Source: Bacteroidia bacterium (GTDB lineage Bacteria > Bacteroidota > Bacteroidia > NS11-12g > UBA955). From it: a stretch of DNA of 64,000 bases. This document shows positions 49,802-60,013 of the stretch, in pieces. The stretch lies in assembly GCA_044224315.1 (NCBI GenBank), contig JBGAKR010000001.1, positions 592,329 to 656,328 of the forward strand, given 5' to 3'. Below the pieces are notes generated by a model, which saw only the letters and a program-made list of their open reading frames with translations, was not told the origin of the DNA and ran no database searches. How positions within the stretch are numbered: position 1 is the stretch's first letter; the number at the start of each line of letters is the position of its first letter. Both the position numbers and the translations under genes were made by a program.

Positions 49802-50440
49802 ATGAGTAAAAACAAAACCCAGAAATTTCTGGAATTCGATGCTTTCGAAAATACCCTCGATTTTACCTACGAAACACAAGGCAAATGGCAGCAGATTTTT
49901 GGCAATACCAACCCCATTGTATTAGAGTTGGCATGCGGCAAAGGCGATTATGCCCTGGGCCTGGCGCGTTTGCATCCCGAATTAAATTTTATAGGCATAG
50001 ATATTAAAGGCAACCGCTTATGGAAAGGCGCCCAAACTGCGCTGGCAGAGGGCTTAAGCAATGTGCGTTTTTTGCGCATTCAAATCGATTTTATTGAAAA
50101 ATATTTTGCCCAAAACGAGGTTTCTTCCATCTGGATTACCTTCCCCGATCCGCAACCCCAAAAGGAACGCAAGCGTTTATCATCTTCAAAATTTTTAAAA
50201 AAATACAGGCAAATTGCACAGCAAAATTGCGATATGAATGTAAAAACCGATAGCGACCTTTTTTACGAAAGTACTTTAGAAACCATTGAATCTGAAGGTT
50301 TACCTATCGAAATGAATATTGCAGATGTATATAAAAATCCGGCTTCACCCCAATATTTGTATATACAAACATTTTACGAAAAAATGTGGCTCAAAGAGGG
50401 CCGTACCATTAAATACGTAAAATACCGTTTGAATAAATAG
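49802..50440 (+). CDS. trmB: tRNA (guanine-N7)-methyltransferase
   Basis: MSKNKTQKFLEF...NPIVLELACGKGDYALGLA...FPDPQPQKERKR. Start set at the internal ATG matching the TrmB N-terminus. Confidence 0.85.
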   Translation: MSKNKTQKFLEFDAFENTLDFTYETQGKWQQIFGNTNPIVLELACGKGDYALGLARLHPELNFIGIDIKGNRLWKGAQTALAEGLSNVRFLRIQIDFIEKYFAQNEVSSIWITFPDPQPQKERKRLSSSKFLKKYRQIAQQNCDMNVKTDSDLFYESTLETIESEGLPIEMNIADVYKNPASPQYLYIQTFYEKMWLKEGRTIKYVKYRLNK

Positions 50441-50442
50441 CC

Positions 50443-50925
50443 TTAATGGTAATATTCTGAAGTAAAATCGGCAGGGTAAGATTTTTTCACCACCAGGGTA
50501 TTTGAAAACGCATCGTGCCAACCACTGTTTTTACCCAAAAAAGAAAACTGCTCGAAGGGTATAGCCCGGCAAAAACTGCGTACAAGGATTTGACCTGCTG
50601 TAAGCGGCACCCCTTTTGTACTGATTAGTTTGCAACCCGTAATTAATTTTCCCAAACTGGTTTTGAAAATGGCCTCCTGTAAAAACATAAAAAATACATA
50701 CAGGGCCAATGAGAATAGGATATCATACAGCCGGTTTGCGGCCAGATCCTCCCAAAATTCTACCATTCCCATAATGCCCGACAAAGCACCCAGGATTAAA
50801 ACAAAAATAAAGAATGCAATTCTGTCAATAATAAAATTGGCAAATCGAATCCAGGGGGAAACTAAAAAATCGTAGAGGTTCGAGGTCTCTACTGTGTGTT
50901 CTTCAAAAATTGTATTTTCTTCCAT
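50443..50925 (-). CDS. RDD-family membrane protein
   Basis: WIRFANFIIDRIAFF and three TM segments, the RDD-domain pattern. Confidence 0.6.
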   Translation of the reverse strand: MEENTIFEEHTVETSNLYDFLVSPWIRFANFIIDRIAFFIFVLILGALSGIMGMVEFWEDLAANRLYDILFSLALYVFFMFLQEAIFKTSLGKLITGCKLISTKGVPLTAGQILVRSFCRAIPFEQFSFLGKNSGWHDAFSNTLVVKKSYPADFTSEYYH

Positions 50926-50954
50926 GCGGTGAAAATACAGAATAAAACTAAATT

Positions 50955-51344
50955 TTACTTATTGTAGTACCGGTCGCGGTACATAGCCGGGTAAACCACA
51001 TAAAGCATGAGCATGCGGCTGTATCGGAAAATGAGGGGTAGCATTAGAATAATCCCAATGGGAATGCCATAAATGGCGTATTCGAAAATATTAAATACCG
51101 AAAATGCGATGGAAAAAGTTACAATCAATGCCACTATCATGGCGTAGCTCCAATACATAGCCCCAAAGAAAAAACCGGGTTCGGGCTGGTAATCGAGTCC
51201 GCAACTATCGCATTTGGTGCGGGTTTCGGAGAATTTGGTAACGTTTAAAATCGAATGGCTGAATACATCACTATTGCCACAACGTGGGCATTTGCACAGA
51301 AAAAACGAAACTATACGGGGGCGTGAATGCTTAAGATGCGCCAT
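50955..51344 (-). CDS. DUF983-like zinc-ribbon membrane protein
   Basis: CKCPRCGN...C.SCG zinc-ribbon followed by two TM helices. Start set at MAHLKH. Confidence 0.45.
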   Translation of the reverse strand: MAHLKHSRPRIVSFFLCKCPRCGNSDVFSHSILNVTKFSETRTKCDSCGLDYQPEPGFFFGAMYWSYAMIVALIVTFSIAFSVFNIFEYAIYGIPIGIILMLPLIFRYSRMLMLYVVYPAMYRDRYYNK

Positions 51345-51585
51345 TTTGCTTTCTGCGGCGACTATTCTTATACCAAACAAAGCCGGCAGTTCCTACCAAT
51401 ACGTATGGCATACTCAGCAAAAACAAAATGCCTTTGTTAATGCCCTTGCCTACAGGTTTGGTGCTTTGAGATTTGCCTTCCATGTTGCTTTTTAAAGCGG
51501 TTTTGCACATGGGGCACTGGGCTGCAACATCAGATGCAATAAGCCCTGAGATTACCAGGATTCCGAGAATGGCTAACTTTTTCAT
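51331..51585 (-). CDS. small (84 aa) signal-peptide protein with a CPMC motif and a C-terminal TM anchor; last gene of the cytochrome oxidase cluster
   Basis: MKKLAILGILVISGLIASDVAAQ-CPMCKTALKS...ILFLLSMPYVLVGTAGFVWY-KNSRRRKQ. Confidence 0.4.
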   Translation of the reverse strand: MKKLAILGILVISGLIASDVAAQCPMCKTALKSNMEGKSQSTKPVGKGINKGILFLLSMPYVLVGTAGFVWYKNSRRRKQNGAS

Positions 51586-51586
51586 A

Positions 51587-52141
51587 TCAGAATGGATAAC
51601 AAGGCGAAATTAATACATAAACCACAACTCCGGTTACCGAAACATATAACCAAAGCGGAAAAGTCCATTTTGCAATTTTTCTATGCTTCTCAATTTTACC
51701 TGTAGTGCTGAAATAAATGGTGTAAAGCACCATGGGAAGGATTACTGCGGCTAATAAAATATGGGTAAGCAGTATGGTGCGGTAAATGGTTTTCATCACC
51801 CCCTCGTGGCAATAAGGGGTAGAAGGCATAACCATATGATACAGCACATAGCTCACTAAAAAACAAGCCGAAAGGGCAAAGGCGCCCAGCATTAAACTTT
51901 GGTGTAGGGCTTTATTTTTACTGCGTTTAATGGCCACATACCCTGCAATGAGCAGAATGGATACCAATGAGTTTAAAATAGCATTTACAAGCGGCAGATT
52001 GCGTGCAAAGTAGGCATTGGGCCGGTAATCCTCGGGCAATACCTGTAAAAAGGTAACAACAGCCGGTACAGCCAGCGAAATGCCCACTACCAGCCAAAAG
52101 AAATTTTTATCGCTTATCCATGTCTTGCTCACGGTACTCAT
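51587..52141 (-). CDS. DUF420 membrane protein commonly associated with caa3 oxidase operons
   Basis: 4-5 TM helices. Family recognised from the conserved context and HILLAAVILP-type helices. Confidence 0.55.
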   Translation of the reverse strand: MSTVSKTWISDKNFFWLVVGISLAVPAVVTFLQVLPEDYRPNAYFARNLPLVNAILNSLVSILLIAGYVAIKRSKNKALHQSLMLGAFALSACFLVSYVLYHMVMPSTPYCHEGVMKTIYRTILLTHILLAAVILPMVLYTIYFSTTGKIEKHRKIAKWTFPLWLYVSVTGVVVYVLISPCYPF

Positions 52142-52790
52142 ACATCAGGTTCTCTATATCTTCTTTTATGCGTTTAAATGCCTGCCAGTTTTCTTTCTGG
52201 TTTTTGCCGCCACTTGGCAGAATGCTGCGGATATACCTTTCGCGGTCTATAATTACCACTTTGTCATCGTGAATAAAATCCTGGCCCTTTTGCTCGGTGG
52301 CCAGCATCAGGTCGTTGATGGCCCAGTCGTAAATTTCTTTTTTACTGCCCGTGCAAAACTGCCAGTGAAATTTACCTGCATGAAACCTTTCGGCATATTG
52401 GCGCAATACGGGCACCGAATCATTTTCGGGGTCAATGGATACCGACAGGAACCTGATTTTATTCAGGCGGCCAAATTCTGCAGCCACAGCCTCAATTTGT
52501 CCGTTCATTTTAGGGCAAACCTCGGGGCAGCTGGCAAAAAAGATGCTGGCTACGATAATGCAGGAGTCGAAATCATCCAGGGTAACGCGCTGCCCAAACT
52601 GATCTTTGAGTACAATATTGCTTACCTGGTGGGTGGCTTTGGTTTTATCGGGGCCGGTATAGCCTACACTGTAGTAATCGAGCTTTTTATGCACCCATTG
52701 GGCCCGGGCCACAAATACTACGAAGGTTACGGGTATAATGATAAGGGCCGCTATTGCGGCCACTTTTATCAATTTCTTTCCTGAAGACAT
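52107..52790 (-). CDS. SCO1/SenC-family copper chaperone (thioredoxin fold)
   Basis: CPEVCP motif in FFASCPEVCPKM with a downstream His. N-terminal TM anchor. Start set at MSSGKK. Confidence 0.8.
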   Translation of the reverse strand: MSSGKKLIKVAAIAALIIIPVTFVVFVARAQWVHKKLDYYSVGYTGPDKTKATHQVSNIVLKDQFGQRVTLDDFDSCIIVASIFFASCPEVCPKMNGQIEAVAAEFGRLNKIRFLSVSIDPENDSVPVLRQYAERFHAGKFHWQFCTGSKKEIYDWAINDLMLATEQKGQDFIHDDKVVIIDRERYIRSILPSGGKNQKENWQAFKRIKEDIENLMYEYREQDMDKR

Positions 52791-52797
52791 GGTAGGT

Positions 52798-53145
52798 TTA
52801 GCGGGCCAGTGAGATGGCGTTTCCTTCGTAAAGGAGACCCATAACCAAACCAACAATAAACAGGGTTGGCACCAAAATAGCCAATGCCAGGGTAATTTTT
52901 TCTTGTTTCATGTGCATAAAGGCCCCAACAATGAAGTAGGCTTTTACGATACCCATGAATATGAAGATGATATTTCTGGCCATGTGCACCGATTCGGAGG
53001 TCATGGTGAAATACAGTATAAAGTCTAAGATGGTAATGCCCAACAGGATCCAAAAGGTTCTCCACAGTTCTTTGGTACCATGGCTTTCGGTATGAGGAAC
53101 GTAATTAATTGCGTCGTATTCTCCGGGTTTGGTATAGAAATCCAT
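52798..53145 (-). CDS. cytochrome c oxidase subunit IV (prokaryotic caa3-type small subunit)
   Basis: 115 aa with three TM helices. LWRTFWILLGITILDF-type N-terminus. Positioned after the subunit III genes. Confidence 0.5.
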   Translation of the reverse strand: MDFYTKPGEYDAINYVPHTESHGTKELWRTFWILLGITILDFILYFTMTSESVHMARNIIFIFMGIVKAYFIVGAFMHMKQEKITLALAILVPTLFIVGLVMGLLYEGNAISLAR

Positions 53146-53169
53146 TGTGATTAGCTTTTTAGGTTGAAC

Positions 53170-53934
53170 TTAGATTAGGTAGAAGAAGGTAAATACGAAT
53201 ACCCATACAAGATCTACAAAGTGCCAGTATAAACCGGTTTTTTCAATCATTTCGTAGTGGCCACGGCGTTCGAATACACCACGGGCAGCCATAATGGTAA
53301 TAACGATATTGGCTACAACCCCGGTAAATACGTGGAATCCGTGGAATCCGGTAACGATAAAGAACAGGGCGGCAAAAGGAACAGGCCCTGCAGTGCGCAT
53401 ATTTTCTTCCCACTCAAAGTGGCTGCCAAACGATAGTTTTTTAAACACCTCGTGGCCTTCAGGGGTAATTCCAAAACGGTTGCCATGCAATGTAGCACCC
53501 TCACCGATGAACATATACCATTCCCAGGCCTGACAGCTCAGGAACATAATACCACCGATTACAGTCATCACCATGTATTTTACTACATCGGCTTTGTTTT
53601 TGCGATGGCCTGCTTCTACTGCCAACACCATGGTTACAGAACTGGCAATCAAAATAAAGGTCATCACAGACACAAACAGCAATGGCAAGTGCATGCCGTG
53701 CATGAAAGGAAAGTGGTTAAAAATTGCCGCTGGTTCTGGCCATTTGGTTACTACTGCGGTTTGTACATTACTAAAACGTTGCGCACCATATTGAACCAAT
53801 AGGCTCGAAAAGGTAAATGCATCGGAAAGTAATAACAACCACATCATGAGTTTTCCGTAACTCACATTGAACGGAGACCGTCCCCCGGCCCAAACCGGTT
53901 GGTTTTCGAATGTTGCTTCTGAATGGTTAGCCAT
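53170..53934 (-). CDS. cytochrome c oxidase subunit III
   Basis: Seven TM helices. Conserved FFIVTGFHGFHVFTGV and HFVDLVWVFVF segments. Confidence 0.8.
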   Translation of the reverse strand: MANHSEATFENQPVWAGGRSPFNVSYGKLMMWLLLLSDAFTFSSLLVQYGAQRFSNVQTAVVTKWPEPAAIFNHFPFMHGMHLPLLFVSVMTFILIASSVTMVLAVEAGHRKNKADVVKYMVMTVIGGIMFLSCQAWEWYMFIGEGATLHGNRFGITPEGHEVFKKLSFGSHFEWEENMRTAGPVPFAALFFIVTGFHGFHVFTGVVANIVITIMAARGVFERRGHYEMIEKTGLYWHFVDLVWVFVFTFFYLI

Positions 53935-53943
53935 TGAAAAAAA

Positions 53944-54555
53944 TTACCGTGCGAAATAAAGGAATAAATACAAATAAATCCATAGCAAGCCAACAAAATG
54001 CCAATATGTGTGGGTAACTGACATTAAAGTCATCTCTTTTTTATGCACCCTGAATTTATAGGCACGGCCCAAAGTCACCGCCAGCAGTATGATTCCGCCA
54101 ACTACATGCAATGCATGCAACATGGTAATTACCCATAAATAACTTGCAGAAATATCTTCGGGGCGCGCATTTACAAACGTTAGTCCTACGCTTACCAATT
54201 GGCGCCATCCCATGTATTGAAATACACAAAATACAATACCCAATACCAGGGTTATGCCTAAAAATAATTTATTTTTTTCGAGCTCGTCCTCTTTGGCAGC
54301 GCGGTGTGCAATGTATATAGTAATACTGCTCACCACCGCCGTTATCAGGCTGTAAAGGAAATACACCGGCATGTCAAATGCGGTCCACAAATTTTTAGAT
54401 TCAGCATCGGGTTTGTGCACGATAAATGCACTTACGATGGCGGCAAAAAACATACAGCTTGCCAGCATAAAAAGCCAAATATTGAGCTTCGCCGGCGCTA
54501 TTCTGTAGTTTTCCTTGTTGAGTTTAAAGGAAGATGGCGACATGGTTTTGTTCAT
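53944..54555 (-). CDS. second cytochrome c oxidase subunit III-family protein
   Basis: Five TM helices, with HALHVVGG and HFVGLLWIYLYL resembling subunit III C-terminal helices. Confidence 0.6.
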   Translation of the reverse strand: MNKTMSPSSFKLNKENYRIAPAKLNIWLFMLASCMFFAAIVSAFIVHKPDAESKNLWTAFDMPVYFLYSLITAVVSSITIYIAHRAAKEDELEKNKLFLGITLVLGIVFCVFQYMGWRQLVSVGLTFVNARPEDISASYLWVITMLHALHVVGGIILLAVTLGRAYKFRVHKKEMTLMSVTHTYWHFVGLLWIYLYLFLYFAR

Positions 54556-54568
54556 TTTTTTCTTTTTT

Positions 54569-55444
54569 TTAAAACAGTATATAGGCTAAAAATACCAGCG
54601 GTGTGTACAGAAATGAAGCATAGAGCAACTTTCTGGCATCGGGTATTTCCAGGGATTTAAATAGTTGGAAAGATTTAAAGCAAAAATAAATACTTGCGGG
54701 GATAATAATAATTAATGCATACTTACCTGCAAGTCCGTAATAAATGGGCATCATACTTACCAAACCCAAAATTACCGAGTAAATTAATATCTGGTAGGCA
54801 CTGCGTTTATCGCGGCCACCCAATGAGGGCAGCAACCAATACCCCGCCTTTTGGTAATCGTCGTGCAGCAGCCAGGCTATTGCCCAGAAGTGCGGAAATT
54901 GCCAGAAAAACTGCACCAAAAACAACATAATGCCAGGCTGATCTATAGTACCTACCGCGGCGGTATAACCAATTAACGGGGGCAATGCTCCTGGAAAAGC
55001 GCCTACCATTACAGCTAATGGACTTACCTGTTTCATAGGCGTATATACAAATACATATAAAAACAGTGAAATAAGGCCAATGAGCATGGAAGTAAAATTA
55101 GTGGTAAAACCAAGCAGGGCTACCCCTAAAATACCTGTACTCAAACAAAAAATACGGGCATTTTCGATAGAAATTCGGCCTTCTACAATAGGGCGATTGC
55201 TGGTGCGCTGCATTTTGCCATCATTTTCCTTTTCTATCATCTGGTTAAGTCCGTTTGAGGCAAACACTATCAGCATGCCACCCACAAAAACCCCGATAAA
55301 CTCAAGCAGTCTGAACTCTTCCGTCCACACGTTGGGATTATTGAGCTTGCAACCCAAAATATAGCCAAACGCCGAAGTAGCCACCACCGTGGATGTAAGG
55401 CGAAATTTTACCAGCTGTCCGTAATTTCTCAGTATCTCTTTCAC
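54569..55444 (-). CDS. ctaB: protoheme IX farnesyltransferase (heme O synthase)
   Basis: UbiA-family motifs NQMIEKENDGKMQRTSNRP and DYQKAGY. Confidence 0.9.
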   Translation of the reverse strand: MKEILRNYGQLVKFRLTSTVVATSAFGYILGCKLNNPNVWTEEFRLLEFIGVFVGGMLIVFASNGLNQMIEKENDGKMQRTSNRPIVEGRISIENARIFCLSTGILGVALLGFTTNFTSMLIGLISLFLYVFVYTPMKQVSPLAVMVGAFPGALPPLIGYTAAVGTIDQPGIMLFLVQFFWQFPHFWAIAWLLHDDYQKAGYWLLPSLGGRDKRSAYQILIYSVILGLVSMMPIYYGLAGKYALIIIIPASIYFCFKSFQLFKSLEIPDARKLLYASFLYTPLVFLAYILF

Positions 55445-55448
55445 AGTT

Positions 55449-56423
55449 TTATATTAAGTCTCTTTGAGGTTGTGCTTGTTTTAATATGTATTGGTAAAAC
55501 GCATAAACAGGCAAAAAGCTTCCTACAACGATATGGATAATTTGCGACCAGGGAGGCAAGGCAAATACTATGTTAAACGCACCAAAGCAAATTTGGAAAA
55601 GCGAAAAGGCAGCCAACAGCATAAACGGACGAGCCGAAATAGCCGAAATCTTTTTTTGTTGGAAATACATCCATCCCGCTCCCAGGAATATGGCTCCGGG
55701 TAAAAACCGGTGAACTGCAAACCACAGACCCATGGCAATGTAATCCAGCATGCCGTTTTCCATTTGCAAACGGCCGGTATACGTGAGCATTTCTACCTGC
55801 TCGCGTGCCCAGGTGCCCAGCAATACCTCCACCATGAGGCTGATAAAGAGCAACAGCCACCATTTGCGGCTTTGGGGATGGGCAGATTCTGATTCAAAGT
55901 TTTGCAAACGATGCATCGAAATCAGCACAAAAAAGATGCACAGAAATGATAGCATAAAGTGAACACTTACAATTCCCGGCAACAGATTGGTAGCCACCAC
56001 TATACTGCCCAGCCAGGCATTGAGCACCAACATAATTAAACCCAACATGGCGTATAAGAGCACCCCTTTTACCTTGCGATGCCTGATAGACAGCAATGCA
56101 AAAAGCAGCATTAGCAAACCCGAAATAACGCCGAAAATGCGGTTGATATACTCAATCCAGGCTTTTTGGGCATTAAAAGCCTCGGGCAGATATACATTTT
56201 TATCCTGCCTGATTTGATCGGCTTTTGCATGAAAACCGAATTTGTCAAGGGTAGCAGTAAACCTTTCTACTTTGGCAATGCGCTTTTGCAGAAAAATATC
56301 CTGGTAATTGGCAGGCAACTGGCAGGCGCAGGTGGGCGGGGCAAGCAAACCAAAGCAGCGGGGCCAATCTGGGCATCCCATGCCACTGCCTGTAACCCTA
56401 ACCAAACCGCCAAGAAGGAACAA
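55449..56423 (-). CDS. ctaA: heme A synthase (COX15/CtaA family)
   Basis: Eight TM helices with paired His-containing helices (HRFLPG, HIVVG) and an N-terminal Cys pair (GCPDWPRC). Confidence 0.7.
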   Translation of the reverse strand: MFLLGGLVRVTGSGMGCPDWPRCFGLLAPPTCACQLPANYQDIFLQKRIAKVERFTATLDKFGFHAKADQIRQDKNVYLPEAFNAQKAWIEYINRIFGVISGLLMLLFALLSIRHRKVKGVLLYAMLGLIMLVLNAWLGSIVVATNLLPGIVSVHFMLSFLCIFFVLISMHRLQNFESESAHPQSRKWWLLLFISLMVEVLLGTWAREQVEMLTYTGRLQMENGMLDYIAMGLWFAVHRFLPGAIFLGAGWMYFQQKKISAISARPFMLLAAFSLFQICFGAFNIVFALPPWSQIIHIVVGSFLPVYAFYQYILKQAQPQRDLI

Positions 56424-56514
56424 TAAAAAAACAGACGAACAGGCCAGAAAGCCTGTTCGTCTATAGATTTTAATATGTTTTATTTGAGTTGCCGTAACGG
56501 GCTCCTATTCAAAA

Positions 56515-58401
56515 TCAACTCCAGCCAAACACACGTTTCAAAGCAGAGAAGAACACTCCACCAGCGGGGGTTGTCTCAGGCTCTTTGTGTTCGGGAACAG
56601 GGTTTATTTCTACTTGTTTGGCAGTTTCGGGTGCATTCTCATCCGGCTCGTATTGTGGGAAGTAATCCAATTCACGATCGGGGCGGCTGTACTCATAAGG
56701 ACCACGATAAACGGTGGGGATTTCACCTGGCCAGTTTCCGTGAATATGTTTTACAGGTGCACTCCATTCAAGGGTGTTGCTCTGCCATGGGTTTTGTTCG
56801 GCTTTTTTACCTCTGAAAATGCTGTTGAAGAAGTTGTAAATGAACAACAACTGGGCTGCACCACCAATGATAGCCGCAACAGTAATAAGTTTGTTTACAT
56901 CCATCCACACATCAAAGTCTTTTACCAGGGTAAATTGGTAGTAACGGCGTGGAACACCGGCCAATCCCATAAAGTGCATGGGGAAGAATACCAGGTAAGC
57001 ACAGATAAAGGTAATCCAGAAGTGGAAATGACCCAGGGTTTGGTTCATCATTTTACCATACATGCGTGGGAACCAGTGGTAAATACCGGCAAACATTCCG
57101 AAAATAGCCGAGCTACCCATTACAAGGTGGAAGTGGGCTACTACGAAGTAGCTATCGTGCAGTTGTATATCCAATGCGGCATTACCCAGGTAAATACCGG
57201 TAAGACCTCCGGAAATGAAGAATGATACCAATCCGATAGAGAAAAGCATAGCAGGTGTAAACCGTAGGTTACCTCTCCACAGGGTGGTTAGATAGTTAAA
57301 CACCTTAACCGCCGAGGGCACCGCAATGATGAGGGTAAGTATCATAAACACAGAACCCAGGAATGGATTCATACCTGTAATAAACATATGGTGACCCCAT
57401 ACAATAAACGACAGGAATGATATACCCATCAGGGAAATAATCATAGCGGTATAACCAAAGATTGGTTTGCGTGCATTGGTAGAAATTACCTCAGAAGTAA
57501 TACCCAAAGCAGGCATCAGAATAATATAAACCTCGGGGTGACCCAGGAACCAGAATAAGTGCTGGTAAAGTACAGGGCTACCACCAATGTTTTCCAGTGC
57601 TCCTACTCCATCCAGGTAAATATCTGAAAGGTAGAAAGAAGTACCAAAACTGCGGTCGAAAATGAGGAACAAGGCAGCACCCAGCAATACAGGGAAAGAA
57701 AGCAGACCCAATACAGCGGTAAAGAAGAATGCCCAGATGGTAAGCGGCATGCGGTTCATGCTCATACCTTTGGTACGCATATTCAATACAGTACTGATAT
57801 AGTTAATACCCCCAAGCAGGGCTGAGATAATGAACAAGGCAATAGCAACCAGCCACAGGGTCATACCCAAACCAGAGCCGGGCATGGCTTTTTCGAGTGC
57901 CGAAATGGGCGGGTAAACTGTCCAACCTGCAGAGGCCGGGCCGGTTTCAACTGTAAGTGAGATACAAAGAACCACAGAAGACATGGCAAAAAACCAGTAG
58001 CTGAGCATGTTCAGGAACGGTGAAGCCATATCCCTTGCACCAATTTGCAATGGAATAAGCAGGTTACTGAAAGTTCCGCTAAGGCCGGCAGTAAGTACAT
58101 AGAATACCATGATGGTTCCATGCAGGGTTACCAGGCCCATGTAGAAATTAGGATCTAACTTTCCTCCGGCTCCCCATTTACCCAATAAGGTTTCGAGAAT
58201 TCCGAATTTTTCATCGGGCCATGCCAGCTGAAGGCGGAAAAGCAGCGACATCCCCATACCAAGAATACCCATTATAATCCCTGTAACCAGGAATTGTTTT
58301 GAGATCATCTTGTGATCCATGGAGAATACATATTTGGATATGAAACTCTCCTTATGGTGGTGATGTTCTGTGTGCTCTGCGTGTAGTGCTGCTGTGCTCA
58401 T
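56515..58401 (-). CDS. ctaD: cytochrome c oxidase subunit I
   Basis: WFFGHPEVYIL, the haem/CuB His ligands (HHMF, HFHLVM), and a 12-TM core plus a C-terminal extension. Confidence 0.95.
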   Translation of the reverse strand: MSTAALHAEHTEHHHHKESFISKYVFSMDHKMISKQFLVTGIIMGILGMGMSLLFRLQLAWPDEKFGILETLLGKWGAGGKLDPNFYMGLVTLHGTIMVFYVLTAGLSGTFSNLLIPLQIGARDMASPFLNMLSYWFFAMSSVVLCISLTVETGPASAGWTVYPPISALEKAMPGSGLGMTLWLVAIALFIISALLGGINYISTVLNMRTKGMSMNRMPLTIWAFFFTAVLGLLSFPVLLGAALFLIFDRSFGTSFYLSDIYLDGVGALENIGGSPVLYQHLFWFLGHPEVYIILMPALGITSEVISTNARKPIFGYTAMIISLMGISFLSFIVWGHHMFITGMNPFLGSVFMILTLIIAVPSAVKVFNYLTTLWRGNLRFTPAMLFSIGLVSFFISGGLTGIYLGNAALDIQLHDSYFVVAHFHLVMGSSAIFGMFAGIYHWFPRMYGKMMNQTLGHFHFWITFICAYLVFFPMHFMGLAGVPRRYYQFTLVKDFDVWMDVNKLITVAAIIGGAAQLLFIYNFFNSIFRGKKAEQNPWQSNTLEWSAPVKHIHGNWPGEIPTVYRGPYEYSRPDRELDYFPQYEPDENAPETAKQVEINPVPEHKEPETTPAGGVFFSALKRVFGWS

Positions 58402-58438
58402 AGTATCACTTATGTGTTTTTCTTTTTTTTTGATTAAA

Positions 58439-59917
58439 TTATTTGGAAGCTACGGTTGGTTTTTGTGCTGAGGCTGAATCCGCTTTGGGTTTATCACCCT
58501 CTGGCATAGCAGGTGCGGGTGGTGCAAGCACTGGGGCCTGGGCAGCCAACCATGCATTGTACTCGGCCATGGTTTCTACTACAGTAATTTTAATTTTCAT
58601 ATTGTAGTGGGCACCTCCGCATATTTTGTTGCAATACAACAGGAAGTCGTAAGCCGAATCGTTTTTCACTTTTCTGGCTTCTGCAGTTGTTTTGGTTGGG
58701 GTAAAGGCAAATTGGGTAGCCATACCTGGTACCACGTTCATTTGGGCGCGGAACTCAGGCATCCAGGCAGAGTGAATTACATCACGGGCGCGGAATTTGA
58801 ACAGGTATGTTTTGTTCTTTACCAATACAATTTCGGTAGTGATTTTATCATCATTGGCCGCATTGTTAAAGAATCCTTTGCTGTTTTTGTAAGCGGCAAT
58901 TCGCTCCAGGGTTAGTTTTTTGCGGCGTTTGTCTTTTTCAAGATTGCGCACATAAGCCCCACTTTCTGCATCGTTTACTTTTTGGGTAAGGTCTTTATAT
59001 ACGGCAGGATATGCGGTAAGATTTTGTTTACCTACCAAATCTTTCAGCGCTGTTTTCCAGGCTATTGCAGAATCGTCGGCCGATTGCAGGAGTTTGTCAA
59101 TATTCTTGATATCGTTATTCAAATCTGCAGACAATGAATCTACGTATGAATTAACAGCCAATCCCAAGGGGTTTTTACCAGAAATAAAGGTAAAACTATG
59201 CTCGCCAAATTTGTGGTCTTCGCCGGCATAGCGGGCTTTCCAACCAAATTGGTACGCAAATACTTCAATGGTTTCGGTGTTTTTATCCAGTTTATCTACA
59301 TTGGTAATGCGGCTCCAGGTGTTGAAACCACGCAATACCAAAAAGGTAAGAACGATTGCGGGTACAACAGTCCAAATCATTTCCAGCTTATTGTTATGGA
59401 AGAAATACAGGCCTTTTTGACCCTCTCTGTAACGGTAGCGGAACATGAACCAGAACAACAGAATTTCGGTAATGCAGAATACGATAAAGGTGAAGATGAA
59501 GGTAAGCTCGAACATGCTGTCAAGCGCTTTACCATGCACCGAGCTGGCATCGCCGAGCAACACATATTTGCCGTGGTTTACCAGTTCATAAGCAACACCG
59601 GCGGCTCCTGCAACCAGGAATATGATACCTACCCAGGCGTTTACTTTGTTCCAGTTTACTACCTTTTTATTGGTAACCTTTTCGGTAAGGGCCCCAATGT
59701 CGAAGGATCTGGCAATAATGGCTATAAGCAGCACGGTAAGCACGATGGATGCGATTAACATCCAATCCCAACCCATAGGGTCGAATTCTTTAGGCGGCTG
59801 AACCACGTCTGCAGCATCCTGGGCCAATGCCATAAAGGGCATGCCAATGAAAGCGAATACAGCTAATGCTATTTTTAGGCCTTTTGATAATAGCCTTGAT
59901 GGAAAAAGTTTTTTCAT
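58439..59917 (-). CDS. coxB: cytochrome c oxidase subunit II with a long periplasmic insertion
   Basis: Two N-terminal TM helices. CuA site H...CNKICGGAHYNM. Bacteroidetes-type insertion before the cupredoxin domain. Confidence 0.85.
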   Translation of the reverse strand: MKKLFPSRLLSKGLKIALAVFAFIGMPFMALAQDAADVVQPPKEFDPMGWDWMLIASIVLTVLLIAIIARSFDIGALTEKVTNKKVVNWNKVNAWVGIIFLVAGAAGVAYELVNHGKYVLLGDASSVHGKALDSMFELTFIFTFIVFCITEILLFWFMFRYRYREGQKGLYFFHNNKLEMIWTVVPAIVLTFLVLRGFNTWSRITNVDKLDKNTETIEVFAYQFGWKARYAGEDHKFGEHSFTFISGKNPLGLAVNSYVDSLSADLNNDIKNIDKLLQSADDSAIAWKTALKDLVGKQNLTAYPAVYKDLTQKVNDAESGAYVRNLEKDKRRKKLTLERIAAYKNSKGFFNNAANDDKITTEIVLVKNKTYLFKFRARDVIHSAWMPEFRAQMNVVPGMATQFAFTPTKTTAEARKVKNDSAYDFLLYCNKICGGAHYNMKIKITVVETMAEYNAWLAAQAPVLAPPAPAMPEGDKPKADSASAQKPTVASK

Positions 59918-59943
59918 CTAAACTGGTTTAGAAATTCAGGTCG

Positions 59944-59951
59944 CAAATTTA
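59944..59951 (-). promoter_or_regulatory. candidate Bacteroidetes -7 promoter element (TAnnTTTG) upstream of the cox operon
   Basis: Minus-strand TAAATTTG ends about 27 nt upstream of the coxB ATG. Upstream -33 TTTG not clearly present. Confidence 0.25.
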
Positions 59952-60013
59952 GGAGAATGCCAGTGGAAAAAAAGAACAGAGAGATAATTTTTGTAAAAAG
60001 TAATTCACCCTCT

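Noticed and set aside
53170-54555. Two adjacent cytochrome oxidase subunit III-like genes as a possible anomaly
   Set aside because: Split or duplicated subunit III genes are a normal feature of Bacteroidetes caa3-type oxidase operons.
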